A program made the translations under genes and the position numbers. A DNA stretch of 64,000 bases, from NCBI RefSeq assembly GCF_058153355.1, contig NZ_CM177019.1; one strand, written 5' to 3'. Under the pieces are notes generated by a model. That model was given only the letters and a program-made list of their open reading frames with translations, had not been told where the DNA came from and made no database searches. Below are positions 50,107 through 59,823 of this stretch, in pieces (position 1 is the first letter of the stretch; every line of letters begins with the position of its first letter).

Positions 50107-50373
50107 GCTGGTCGATCACTGGAAGAGGAAGACGCGGAGTTTACGCTGCTTGTTAGAAAATAAACAGACAGCGAAATCAAAAGCGCCACGAATAATCAAA
50201 ATGCCATTTCACTGTTGCTGATTGTCTGCTGACGCTGCTGAATTGAAATTACTGACCACGGATTTTCCCATCAGCAATTAGGAAAAATGACAAAAAATTG
50301 TGCAGCACATCAAACTTTTGCTCATTACTTTACGGCTTTCCTTGCGTGCTGAAACAGAAGTATTATGCTTTCT

Positions 50374-50452
50374 TGAAACGTTTCAGCGCGATCTTGTCTT
50401 TAACCCTAAGTCAGGTTGGCGCTTTTTTTCTCATAGAAGCTGAATCGTTTCA
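50374..50452 (+). promoter_or_regulatory. fruBKA promoter region with two Cra(FruR)-type operators
   Basis: Perfect palindrome TGAAACGTTTCA at 50374-50385 and TGAATCGTTTCA (within gctgaatcgtttcaattcagc) at 50441-50452, matching the Cra consensus TGAAWC-GWTTCA, 20-100 bp upstream of fruB. Confidence 0.6.
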
Positions 50453-50473
50453 ATTCAGCAAGAGAGGAGAACT

Positions 50474-51604
50474 ATGTTCCAGTTATCCGTACAGGACATC
50501 CATCCGGGCGAAAAGGCCGGAGACAAAGAAGAGGCGATTCGCCAGGTCGCTGCGGCGCTGGTGCAGGCCGGTAATGTAGCTGAAGGCTACGTCAATGGCA
50601 TGCTGGCGCGCGAACAGCAAACCTCTACGTTCCTCGGCAATGGTATTGCTATTCCACACGGCACTACCGACACCCGCGATCAGGTGCTGAAAACCGGCGT
50701 TCAGGTATTTCAGTTCCCGGAAGGCGTCACCTGGGGTGACGGCCAGGTAGCGTACGTGGCGATCGGTATTGCTGCCAGCTCGGATGAACATCTGGGTCTG
50801 TTACGCCAGCTGACCCACGTACTGAGCGATGATTCCGTTGCTGAACAGCTGAAGTCAGCAACGACAGCAGAAGAACTTCGCGCATTGCTGATGGGCGAAA
50901 AGCAGAGTGAGCAGCTGAAGCTCGATAACGAAATGCTGACGCTGGATATTGTCGCCAGCGATCTGCTGACGCTTCAGGCGCTTAACGCTGCGCGTCTGAA
51001 AGAAGCAGGGGCAGTTGACGCCACCTTCGTCACTAAAGCCATCAATGAACAACCGCTGAACCTCGGACAGGGCATCTGGCTGAGCGATAGCGCTGAAGGC
51101 AATTTGCGTAGCGCGATTGCGGTAAGCCGTGCGGCAAATGCTTTTGATGTGGACGGCGAAACGGCAGCCATGCTGGTGAGTGTGGCGATGAATGACGATC
51201 AGCCCGTCGCGGTTCTTAAGCGTCTCGCTGATTTGTTGCTCGACAATAAAGCTGACCGTTTGCTGAAAGCGGATGCGGCAACGTTGCTGGCGCTGCTGAC
51301 CAGCGATGATGCGCCGACCGACGACGTGTTAAGCGCGGAGTTTGTGGTGCGCAATGAACACGGCCTGCATGCTCGTCCAGGTACCATGCTGGTCAATACT
51401 ATTAAACAATTTAACAGTGATATTACCGTGACAAACCTTGATGGCACCGGCAAACCGGCAAACGGACGTAGTCTGATGAAAGTTGTGGCACTTGGCGTTA
51501 AGAAAGGTCATCGCCTACGCTTTACCGCCCAGGGTGCAGATGCTGAGCAGGCGCTGAAAGCCATTGGCGACGCTATCGCTGCTGGTCTTGGGGAGGGCGC
51601 ATAA
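50474..51604 (+). CDS. fruB: Fructose PTS multiphosphoryl transfer protein FruB (EIIA-M-FPr)
   Basis: 376-aa ORF; N-terminal EIIA(Fru)-like domain and C-terminal HPr-like domain (GLHARPG). Confidence 0.92.
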   Translation: MFQLSVQDIHPGEKAGDKEEAIRQVAAALVQAGNVAEGYVNGMLAREQQTSTFLGNGIAIPHGTTDTRDQVLKTGVQVFQFPEGVTWGDGQVAYVAIGIAASSDEHLGLLRQLTHVLSDDSVAEQLKSATTAEELRALLMGEKQSEQLKLDNEMLTLDIVASDLLTLQALNAARLKEAGAVDATFVTKAINEQPLNLGQGIWLSDSAEGNLRSAIAVSRAANAFDVDGETAAMLVSVAMNDDQPVAVLKRLADLLLDNKADRLLKADAATLLALLTSDDAPTDDVLSAEFVVRNEHGLHARPGTMLVNTIKQFNSDITVTNLDGTGKPANGRSLMKVVALGVKKGHRLRFTAQGADAEQALKAIGDAIAAGLGEGA

Positions 51605-52542
51605 TGAGCAGACGTGTTGCTACTATCACCCTTAATCCGGCTTATGACCTTGTTGGTTTCTGCCCGGAAATTGAACGCGGCGAAGTGAACCTGGTGAAAA
51701 CCACCGGTCTGCATGCGGCGGGTAAAGGCATCAACGTGGCCAAAGTATTAAAAGACCTGGGAATTGATGTCACCGTTGGCGGCTTCCTCGGTAAAGACAA
51801 TCAGGATGGTTTTCAGCAACTGTTCAGCGAGCTGGGCATTGCCAACCGTTTCCAGGTTGTACAGGGGCGCACCCGAATTAACGTTAAGCTGACGGAAAAA
51901 GACGGCGAAGTGACCGACTTCAACTTCTCGGGTTTTGAAGTTACCCCCGCCGACTGGGAACGCTTTGTGACTGATTCTCTGAGCTGGCTCGGTCAGTTCG
52001 ATATGGTCTGTGTCAGCGGAAGCTTACCGTCAGGCGTCAGCCCGGAAGCGTTCACCGACTGGATGACTCGCCTGCGTAGTCAGTGTCCTTGCATTATCTT
52101 TGATAGTAGCCGTGAAGCGTTAGTGGCAGGTTTGAAAGCGGCACCGTGGCTGGTGAAACCTAACCGCCGCGAGCTGGAAATCTGGGCGGGCCGTAAACTG
52201 CCTGAAATGAAAGATGTGATTGAAGCTGCGCATGCGCTGCGTGAACAAGGTATCGCGCATGTCGTTATTTCACTGGGTGCCGAAGGCGCGCTTTGGGTTA
52301 ATGCCTCCGGCGAATGGATCGCCAAACCACCGTCAGTCGATGTCGTAAGCACCGTTGGCGCAGGGGATTCTATGGTTGGTGGCCTGATTTATGGCTTGCT
52401 GATGCGTGAATCCAGTGAGCACACACTGCGTCTGGCGACAGCTGTTGCAGCCCTGGCGGTAAGTCAAAGCAATGTGGGTATTACCGATCGTCCGCAGTTG
52501 GCCGCAATGATGGCGCGCGTCGACTTACAACCTTTTAACTGA
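51604..52542 (+). CDS. fruK: 1-phosphofructokinase
   Basis: 312-aa PfkB-family ORF (GG motif, C-terminal GAGDSMVGG). Confidence 0.92.
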   Translation: MSRRVATITLNPAYDLVGFCPEIERGEVNLVKTTGLHAAGKGINVAKVLKDLGIDVTVGGFLGKDNQDGFQQLFSELGIANRFQVVQGRTRINVKLTEKDGEVTDFNFSGFEVTPADWERFVTDSLSWLGQFDMVCVSGSLPSGVSPEAFTDWMTRLRSQCPCIIFDSSREALVAGLKAAPWLVKPNRRELEIWAGRKLPEMKDVIEAAHALREQGIAHVVISLGAEGALWVNASGEWIAKPPSVDVVSTVGAGDSMVGGLIYGLLMRESSEHTLRLATAVAALAVSQSNVGITDRPQLAAMMARVDLQPFN

Positions 52543-52558
52543 CAGCAGGAGAGGCATA

Positions 52559-54250
52559 ATGAAAACGCTGCTGATTATTGACGCTAATCTCGGTCAGGCA
52601 CGCGCCTATATGGCGAAGACCCTGCTGGGCGCGGCGGCGCGAAAAGCAAAACTGGAAATCATCGACAATCCGAACGACGCTGAAATGGCGATTGTTCTCG
52701 GTGATTCCATCCCGAACGACAGCGCGCTGAACGGTAAAAATGTCTGGCTGGGCGATATTTCCCGGGCAGTTGCGCACCCTGAGCTGTTCCTGAGTGAAGC
52801 CAAAGGCCATGCGAAACCTTACACTGCACCGGTCGCTGCGACAGCACCAGTTGCCACCAGTGGTCCGAAACGCGTAGTTGCGGTGACAGCTTGCCCGACT
52901 GGCGTAGCACACACATTTATGGCGGCTGAAGCCATTGAAACCGAAGCGAAAAAACGTGGCTGGTGGGTGAAAGTTGAAACCCGTGGTTCTGTTGGCGCGG
53001 GTAATGCGATCACCCCTGAAGAAGTAGCCGCAGCGGATCTGGTGATTGTGGCGGCAGATATCGAAGTGGATCTGGCGAAATTTGCTGGTAAACCGATGTA
53101 TCGCACCTCTACCGGTCTGGCGCTGAAGAAAACCGCGCAGGAACTGGATAAAGCGGTTGCTGAAGCAACGCCGTATGAACCGGCGGGCAAAGCTCAAACA
53201 GCGACCACTGAAGGTAAGAAAGAGGGTGCAGGCGCTTACCGTCACTTGCTGACGGGCGTCTCTTACATGCTGCCGATGGTCGTTGCAGGTGGTCTGTGTA
53301 TCGCGCTTTCTTTTGCTTTTGGTATCGAAGCGTTTAAAGAGCCGGGTACGTTGGCAGCGGCGCTGATGCAGATTGGTGGTGGTTCAGCCTTTGCGCTGAT
53401 GGTGCCGGTACTGGCAGGTTACATTGCCTTCTCCATTGCCGATCGTCCGGGTCTCACGCCGGGTCTGATTGGCGGTATGCTGGCGGTCAGCACCGGTTCT
53501 GGCTTCATTGGGGGTATTATTGCGGGCTTCCTGGCTGGTTACATTGCGAAGTTAATCAGTACGCAACTGAAACTGCCACAGAGTATGGAGGCGCTGAAAC
53601 CGATCCTGATCATTCCGCTAATTTCCAGTCTGGTGGTCGGTCTGGCGATGATCTACCTGATCGGTAAACCGGTTGCTGGCATTCTCGAAGGGTTGACTCA
53701 CTGGCTGCAGACCATGGGGACTGCGAATGCGGTTCTGCTGGGGGCGATCCTCGGTGGCATGATGTGTACTGACATGGGCGGTCCGGTAAATAAAGCAGCG
53801 TACGCATTCGGTGTGGGTCTGCTGAGTACTCAAACCTATGGCCCGATGGCGGCGATTATGGCGGCAGGTATGGTGCCACCGCTGGCAATGGGTCTGGCAA
53901 CAATGGTGGCGCGTCGCAAATTCGACAAAGCGCAGCAGGAAGGTGGCAAAGCCGCTCTGGTTCTTGGTCTGTGCTTTATTTCGGAAGGTGCAATTCCGTT
54001 TGCTGCTCGTGATCCGATGCGTGTGCTGCCGTGTTGTATCGTTGGTGGGGCGCTGACTGGCGCAATCTCAATGGCGATTGGTGCGAAACTGATGGCACCG
54101 CACGGTGGTCTGTTTGTTCTGCTGATCCCTGGCGCTATTACGCCGGTACTGGGTTACCTGGTAGCAATTATTGCCGGTACGCTGGTGGCGGGTTTGGCCT
54201 ATGCCTTTCTGAAACGTCCGGAAGTGGACGCAGTAGCGAAAGCAGCGTAA
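52559..54250 (+). CDS. fruA: Fructose PTS EIIB'BC component FruA
   Basis: 563-aa ORF; EIIB Cys motif (VTACPTGVAHT) and polytopic EIIC domain. Confidence 0.92.
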   Translation: MKTLLIIDANLGQARAYMAKTLLGAAARKAKLEIIDNPNDAEMAIVLGDSIPNDSALNGKNVWLGDISRAVAHPELFLSEAKGHAKPYTAPVAATAPVATSGPKRVVAVTACPTGVAHTFMAAEAIETEAKKRGWWVKVETRGSVGAGNAITPEEVAAADLVIVAADIEVDLAKFAGKPMYRTSTGLALKKTAQELDKAVAEATPYEPAGKAQTATTEGKKEGAGAYRHLLTGVSYMLPMVVAGGLCIALSFAFGIEAFKEPGTLAAALMQIGGGSAFALMVPVLAGYIAFSIADRPGLTPGLIGGMLAVSTGSGFIGGIIAGFLAGYIAKLISTQLKLPQSMEALKPILIIPLISSLVVGLAMIYLIGKPVAGILEGLTHWLQTMGTANAVLLGAILGGMMCTDMGGPVNKAAYAFGVGLLSTQTYGPMAAIMAAGMVPPLAMGLATMVARRKFDKAQQEGGKAALVLGLCFISEGAIPFAARDPMRVLPCCIVGGALTGAISMAIGAKLMAPHGGLFVLLIPGAITPVLGYLVAIIAGTLVAGLAYAFLKRPEVDAVAKAA

Positions 54251-54260
54251 TAAAAGGTGT

Positions 54261-54292
54261 GTTACAGGGCAGAAATTTCCTGCCCTGTAACA
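54261..54292 (+). terminator. Intrinsic terminator-like hairpin after fruA
   Basis: gttacagggcag-aaatttc-ctgccctgtaac, a perfect 12-bp stem immediately after the fruA stop; the downstream T-run is weak. Confidence 0.5.
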
Positions 54293-54672
54293 TTTGATGA
54301 GCGCAAAGGGAATGACCAGTTTGTGAATGTAATTTTATGAATTTAAATGGTTTTATCTTTCAGTAGAAACCTGAAATGTTCATCAAACACTAAGGTTATT
54401 TCCTCAAGGGCAGATTATTTTCTGCCCTTTTTAGTGTTCCTGTTCTGTGCATCCAGTCACAAATTCCTCACTTTTGTAATTCAGGCATTTAATCGCATTT
54501 TGTGAGCCTGCTCAAATCTGCCCATTTTGCCTCTCTGGCGGCAATTTACTTTACGTAAAACATGCATACTATGAGCACATGTTTAAATATGAACACATGT
54601 TTAAACCGTCTTTGCAGTATCTATATTCTTGTGGATTGACAGGGTTGGTAATTTTTTACCAGAGGACGTGCT

Positions 54673-55614
54673 ATGCGCGAAAAGGATTATGTCGTAATTA
54701 TAGGCTCGGCGAATATTGATGTCGCCGGATATTCACATGAATCATTAAATTATGCGGATTCAAATCCAGGTAAAATAAAATTTACGCCTGGTGGGGTAGG
54801 GCGCAATATTGCACAAAACCTGGCGTTGCTGGGTAATAAAGCCTGGCTACTGAGCGCCGTAGGCAGTGATTTTTATGGTCAATCGCTGCTAACGCAAACC
54901 AATCAATCTGGCGTTTATGTCGATAAATGCCTGATTGTGCCGGGAGAAAATACGTCGAGCTATTTATCATTACTCGATAATACCGGTGAAATGCTGGTTG
55001 CTATAAATGACATGAATATTAGCAACGCTATTACAGCTGAATATCTCGCACAGCACCGTGAATTTATTCAGAGGGCAAAGGTCATTGTCGCGGACTGTAA
55101 TATCAGTGAAGAGGCACTGGCATGGATTCTGGATAATGCCGCCAACGTACCCGTATTTGTCGATCCTGTTTCTGCGTGGAAATGTGTCAAAGTGCGCGAC
55201 CGTCTAAATCTGATCCACACTCTCAAGCCAAACCGCCTTGAAGCGGAAACCCTGAGTGGGATTGCGTTGTCAGGGCGTGAAGATGTGGCAAAGGTTGCCG
55301 CCTGGTTCCATCAACATGGCCTGAACCGACTGGTATTGAGCATGGGCGGCGACGGCGTTTATTACAGTGATATCAGCGGTGAAAGTGGTTGGTCTGCGCC
55401 GATTAAAACCAATGTCATTAATGTTACCGGAGCGGGCGATGCCATGATGGCGGGACTTGCTTCGTGTTGGGTAGACGGAATGCCGTTTGCCGAATCTGTT
55501 CGTTTCGCACAGGGATGTTCGTCAATGGCGCTCTCCTGTGAATACACCAATAACCCCGATTTATCGATTGCCAACGTTATATCGTTAGTGGAGAACGCAG
55601 AATGTCTGAATTAA
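54673..55614 (+). CDS. psuK: Pseudouridine kinase (PfkB family)
   Basis: 313-aa ORF with ribokinase-family motifs (GGVGRNIA, GAGDAMMAG). Confidence 0.88.
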   Translation: MREKDYVVIIGSANIDVAGYSHESLNYADSNPGKIKFTPGGVGRNIAQNLALLGNKAWLLSAVGSDFYGQSLLTQTNQSGVYVDKCLIVPGENTSSYLSLLDNTGEMLVAINDMNISNAITAEYLAQHREFIQRAKVIVADCNISEEALAWILDNAANVPVFVDPVSAWKCVKVRDRLNLIHTLKPNRLEAETLSGIALSGREDVAKVAAWFHQHGLNRLVLSMGGDGVYYSDISGESGWSAPIKTNVINVTGAGDAMMAGLASCWVDGMPFAESVRFAQGCSSMALSCEYTNNPDLSIANVISLVENAECLN

Positions 55615-56540
55615 AAATTTCCCCTGAATTATTACAAATTTCCCCGGAAGTGCAGGACGCTTTAAAAAACAAAAAACCGGTTGTGGCACTGGAATCGACC
55701 ATCATTTCTCACGGGATGCCATTCCCGCAAAATGCTGAGACGGCAATTGAAGTAGAAGACACAATTCGTAAGCACGGTGCTGTACCTGCAACAATCGCCA
55801 TTATTGGTGGTGTCATGAAAGTAGGTTTGAGCAAAGAAGAAATTGAATTGTTAGGCCGTGAAGGACATAACGTGACGAAAGTCAGTCGCCGTGATTTACC
55901 TTTTGTCGTTGCCGCAGGAAAAAATGGCGCGACCACCGTTGCTTCAACGATGATTATCGCGGCACTTGCAGGAATTAAAGTATTTGCAACGGGGGGGATT
56001 GGTGGTGTGCATCGCGGTGCGGAACATACATTCGATATTTCTGCCGATTTACAGGAACTGGCAAATACTAATGTCACCGTTGTTTGTGCCGGTGCAAAAT
56101 CTATTCTCGATTTAGGATTAACAACAGAATATTTAGAAACCTTCGGTGTACCGTTAATTGGCTATCAGACAAAAGCGCTGCCTGCGTTTTTCTGCCGTAC
56201 CAGCCCATTTGAAGTCAGTATTCGCCTTGATAGTGCCACGGAAATCGCTCGTGCAATGGCAGTGAAATGGCAAACCGGTTTGAACGGCGGCCTGGTAGTG
56301 GCGAATCCGATCCCGGAGCAGTTTGCGATGCCGGAGGAATCTATCAATGCAGCCATAGATCAAGCTGTCGCCGAAGCCGAAGAGCAGGGCGTTATTGGTA
56401 AAGAAAGTACACCGTTCCTGCTGGCTCGTGTTGCTGAACTGACCGGTGGTGACAGCCTGAAATCCAACATCCAACTGGTGTTCAACAACGCCATTCTGGC
56501 GAGCGAAATTGCCAAAGAATACCAGCGTCTCGCGGGTTAA
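55602..56540 (+). CDS. psuG: Pseudouridine-5'-phosphate glycosidase
   Basis: 312-aa ORF overlapping psuK by 13 nt; indigoidine-synthase-A-like family. Confidence 0.9.
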   Translation: MSELKISPELLQISPEVQDALKNKKPVVALESTIISHGMPFPQNAETAIEVEDTIRKHGAVPATIAIIGGVMKVGLSKEEIELLGREGHNVTKVSRRDLPFVVAAGKNGATTVASTMIIAALAGIKVFATGGIGGVHRGAEHTFDISADLQELANTNVTVVCAGAKSILDLGLTTEYLETFGVPLIGYQTKALPAFFCRTSPFEVSIRLDSATEIARAMAVKWQTGLNGGLVVANPIPEQFAMPEESINAAIDQAVAEAEEQGVIGKESTPFLLARVAELTGGDSLKSNIQLVFNNAILASEIAKEYQRLAG

Positions 56541-56633
56541 TTTCTGACGGGCAGAAAGCCGTCGCCCGTACTGATCATACATACCAAAACCTGGCGCTTG
56601 CGCCGGGTTTACTGGCATGAAAGGAAAATCATT

Positions 56634-57884
56634 ATGGATATAATGAGAAGTTTGGTGGGTATGGTGGTATTGCTGGCAATTGCATTCTTATTGTCAGTGA
56701 ATAAAAAGCGTATCAGCGTACGCACGGTCGGAGCTGCATTGCTGCTGCAAATCGCTATTGGTGGCATTATGCTCTACTTCCCACCGGGAAAATGGGCAGT
56801 AGAGCAGGCGGCATTAGGCGTTCATAAAGTGATGTCTTACAGTGATGCCGGTAGCGCCTTCATTTTTGGTTCGCTGGTTGGGCCGAAAATGGATGTCCTG
56901 TTTGATGGCGCGGGCTTTATCTTCGCCTTTCGCGTACTTCCGGCAATTATTTTCGTCACTGCGCTCATCAGCCTGCTGTACTACATTGGCGTGATGGAGC
57001 TGCTAATCCGCATTCTTGGCAGTATTTTTCAGAAAGCCCTCAACATCAGCAAAATCGAATCTTTTGTTGCGGTTACCACTATTTTCCTCGGGCAAAATGA
57101 GATCCCGGCAATCGTTAAACCGTTTATCGATCGCATGAATCGCAACGAGCTATTTACGGCAATTTGTAGCGGGATGGCGTCCATTGCTGGTTCGATGATG
57201 ATTGGTTATGCCGGAATGGGCGTACCAATTGACTACCTGTTAGCGGCATCGCTGATGGCGATCCCTGGTGGTATTTTGTTTGCACGTATTCTTAGCCCAG
57301 CCACCGAGCCTTCGCAGGTGACATTTGAAAATCTGTCGTTCAGCGAAACGCCGCCAAAAAGCTTTATCGAAGCGGCGGCGAGCGGTGCGATGACCGGGTT
57401 GAAAATCGCCGCTGGTGTGGCGACGGTGGTAATGGCGTTTGTGGCAATTATTGCGCTGATCAACGGCATTATCGGCGGAATTGGTGGCTGGTTTGGTTTT
57501 TCCAATGCCTCTCTGGAAAGTATTTTTGGCTATGTGCTGGCACCGCTGGCGTGGATCATGGGCGTGGACTGGAGTGATGCCAACCTTGCGGGTAGCCTGA
57601 TTGGGCAGAAACTGGCGATTAACGAATTCGTCGCTTACCTGAGTTTCTCCCCATACCTGCAAACGGGCGGCACGCTGGAAGTGAAAACCATTGCGATTAT
57701 CTCCTTTGCGCTTTGTGGTTTTGCTAACTTTGGTTCTATCGGTGTTGTCGTTGGGGCGTTTTCGGCTATTTCGCCAAAACGCGCGCCGGAAATCGCTCAG
57801 CTTGGGTTACGGGCGTTGGCAGCAGCAACGCTTTCCAACCTGATGAGCGCGACCATTGCCGGGTTCTTTATTGGTTTAGCTTGA
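56634..57884 (+). CDS. psuT: Nucleoside (putative pseudouridine) transporter, NupC/CNT family
   Basis: 416-aa product from ATG at 56634 (MDIMRSLVGMVVLLAIAFLL...); close paralogue of the ORF at 59824-61074. Confidence 0.9.
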   Translation: MDIMRSLVGMVVLLAIAFLLSVNKKRISVRTVGAALLLQIAIGGIMLYFPPGKWAVEQAALGVHKVMSYSDAGSAFIFGSLVGPKMDVLFDGAGFIFAFRVLPAIIFVTALISLLYYIGVMELLIRILGSIFQKALNISKIESFVAVTTIFLGQNEIPAIVKPFIDRMNRNELFTAICSGMASIAGSMMIGYAGMGVPIDYLLAASLMAIPGGILFARILSPATEPSQVTFENLSFSETPPKSFIEAAASGAMTGLKIAAGVATVVMAFVAIIALINGIIGGIGGWFGFSNASLESIFGYVLAPLAWIMGVDWSDANLAGSLIGQKLAINEFVAYLSFSPYLQTGGTLEVKTIAIISFALCGFANFGSIGVVVGAFSAISPKRAPEIAQLGLRALAAATLSNLMSATIAGFFIGLA

Positions 57885-57888
57885 GTTT

Positions 57889-57929
57889 CATTGCCGGATG
57901 TACGCGCTTATTAAGCGTTGCATCCGGCA
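57889..57929. repeat. REP-like palindrome / bidirectional terminator between psuT and yeiL
   Basis: ttgccggatg-(20 nt)-catccggcaa inverted repeat. Confidence 0.45.
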
Positions 57930-57954
57930 ATCGCGTACTATTCCAGATTAATTT

Positions 57955-58614
57955 TTACTGCATCATCCCGGAGAATTTATTCTCCGGGTCCATCTCCAGC
58001 GCCAGCCCTAACAACTGCTTTCTGTTTTTAATTAAATACCCTTTCTTACTTTTAATTAATAAACCGTCGTGAATGAGTTGAGCGATCACATATAGTAAGT
58101 GACGATAAGTAACACCTAAATACTCTGCTGCCTGGGTATGTTTTTCGTGATAAAGATCACCTTCCTGCGAGAGTAATATAAATGCTGCCAGGCGATTCAC
58201 TAACGGAAATGATTGATTCTGAGTTAAAGAAACAATATTGCGATAATTTTTATGGCTTAAAGTAACGCAGAGTTTTCGTAAAAATAGCGTGTCGTTTAAT
58301 AACAGCGGACGGTAATTTTTCATGGGGAGTGCAAGGCACCAACACTCTTCAATCGCCTGTACCGCTCGTGGTTCATGATCTTTATCGATTAACTCAATCT
58401 CGCCAATAAAACAGGGTGCAGCAAAGAAATCAATCAGCGACACGCGACCATTAGCAAGCGTGGCGTAAAGCCTGGCGCGGCCTCGCGTCAGGTAAAACAG
58501 CCATGACGGCTGTTGCCCTTCCTGCACAATGTAGTCACGCGCTAAAAAATGAAACAGCCGTGTATCGGCTGAAACATCCGTTGAAAAGCAATCCTTATAC
58601 GCGGACTCACTCAT
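57955..58614 (-). CDS. yeiL: CRP/FNR-family transcriptional regulator YeiL
   Basis: ~219-aa ORF with a cNMP-binding-like domain and C-terminal HTH; start at 58614 chosen by length (alternative 58653). Confidence 0.85.
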   Translation of the reverse strand: MSESAYKDCFSTDVSADTRLFHFLARDYIVQEGQQPSWLFYLTRGRARLYATLANGRVSLIDFFAAPCFIGEIELIDKDHEPRAVQAIEECWCLALPMKNYRPLLLNDTLFLRKLCVTLSHKNYRNIVSLTQNQSFPLVNRLAAFILLSQEGDLYHEKHTQAAEYLGVTYRHLLYVIAQLIHDGLLIKSKKGYLIKNRKQLLGLALEMDPENKFSGMMQ

Positions 58615-58782
58615 CAATTGCTGCTTAAGATCATTATTGTGGATTTCTTTCACGATGTTTATCCGCTATGAGATTTCTCATATTTAGCATACGTACGCTG
58701 TTGTTAAGATTCAATCATCGGCCCGGTCGAATTTTCTTTGCTGTAGAAAAAATAACACAACTGGAAACAGAGGAAATAAACA

Positions 58783-59724
58783 ATGGAAAAGAGAAAAATT
58801 ATTCTGGATTGTGATCCGGGTCATGATGATGCTATTGCCATAATGATGGCCGCGAAACATCCGGCGATTGATTTATTAGGTATCACTATTGTGGCGGGGA
58901 ATCAAACCCTCGATAAAACATTAATTAATGGCCTGAATGTTTGCCAGAAACTGGAGATTAATGTTCCGGTTTATGCGGGGATGCCGCAACCCATTATGCG
59001 TCAACAAATCGTTGCCGATAATATTCACGGTGAAACCGGGCTGGATGGTCCGGTATTCGAACCGCTGACTCGTCAGGCAGAAAACACCCATGCGGTGAAA
59101 TATATCATCGATACCCTGATGGCAAGCGATGGCGATATCACTCTGGTGCCGGTTGGTCCGCTTTCAAATATCGCGGTGGCAATGCGTATGCAGCCCGCAA
59201 TCCTGCCGAAAATCCGTGAAATTGTACTGATGGGCGGCGCTTACGGTACTGGCAACTTCACCCCATCTGCCGAGTTCAACATTTTTGCTGACCCGGAAGC
59301 CGCACGCGTGGTGTTCACCTCCGGCGTTCCATTAGTGATGATGGGCCTCGATCTCACCAACCAGACCGTTTGCACTCCGGACGTGATTGCACGGATGGAA
59401 AGGGCAGGCGGCCCTGCCGGAGAGTTGTTCAGCGACATCATGAACTTCACTCTGAAAACCCAGTTCGAAAACTACGGTCTGGCTGGCGGCCCGGTACATG
59501 ACGCCACCTGTATCGGTTATCTGATTAACCCCGATGGTATTAAAACCTAGGAGATGTACGTCGAAGTGGACGTCAACAGTGGCCCTTGTTACGGGCGTAC
59601 CGTCTGCGACGAGCTGGGCGTTCTTGGCAAGCCCGCCAATACCAAAGTCGGCATCACTATTGATACCGACTGGTTCTGGGGATTAGTCGAAGAGTGCGTG
59701 CGCGGCTACATCAAAACCCATTAA
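58783..59724 (+). pseudogene. rihB: Pyrimidine-specific ribonucleoside hydrolase RihB interrupted by an in-frame amber (TAG) codon at 59548-59550
   Basis: N-terminal DPGHDDAIA hydrolase motif; the reading frame continues uninterrupted after the TAG for 58 more codons ([57 protein letters not shown]), giving the expected 313 codons in total. Confidence 0.8.
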
Positions 59725-59823
59725 GTGTTGATAACAAGCCGGGACAGTATCGCAAGATGCAGGCCCGGCTATTTCTGATGGGCAGAAAGCCGTCGCCCAA
59801 AATGACATGAAGAGATAATAACT

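Noticed and set aside
52535-53245. 236-aa minus-strand ORF
   Set aside because: Antisense within fruA; Cys/Arg/Phe-rich low-complexity product.
59736-59771. ACAGTATC motif inside the rihB terminator hairpin (gccgggACAGTATCgcaagatgcaggcccggc) as a possible second IS110 donor or target site
   Set aside because: It is only an 8-mer match, within a plain stem-loop that is not a REP and lacks the CT-flanked target context; most likely coincidence.
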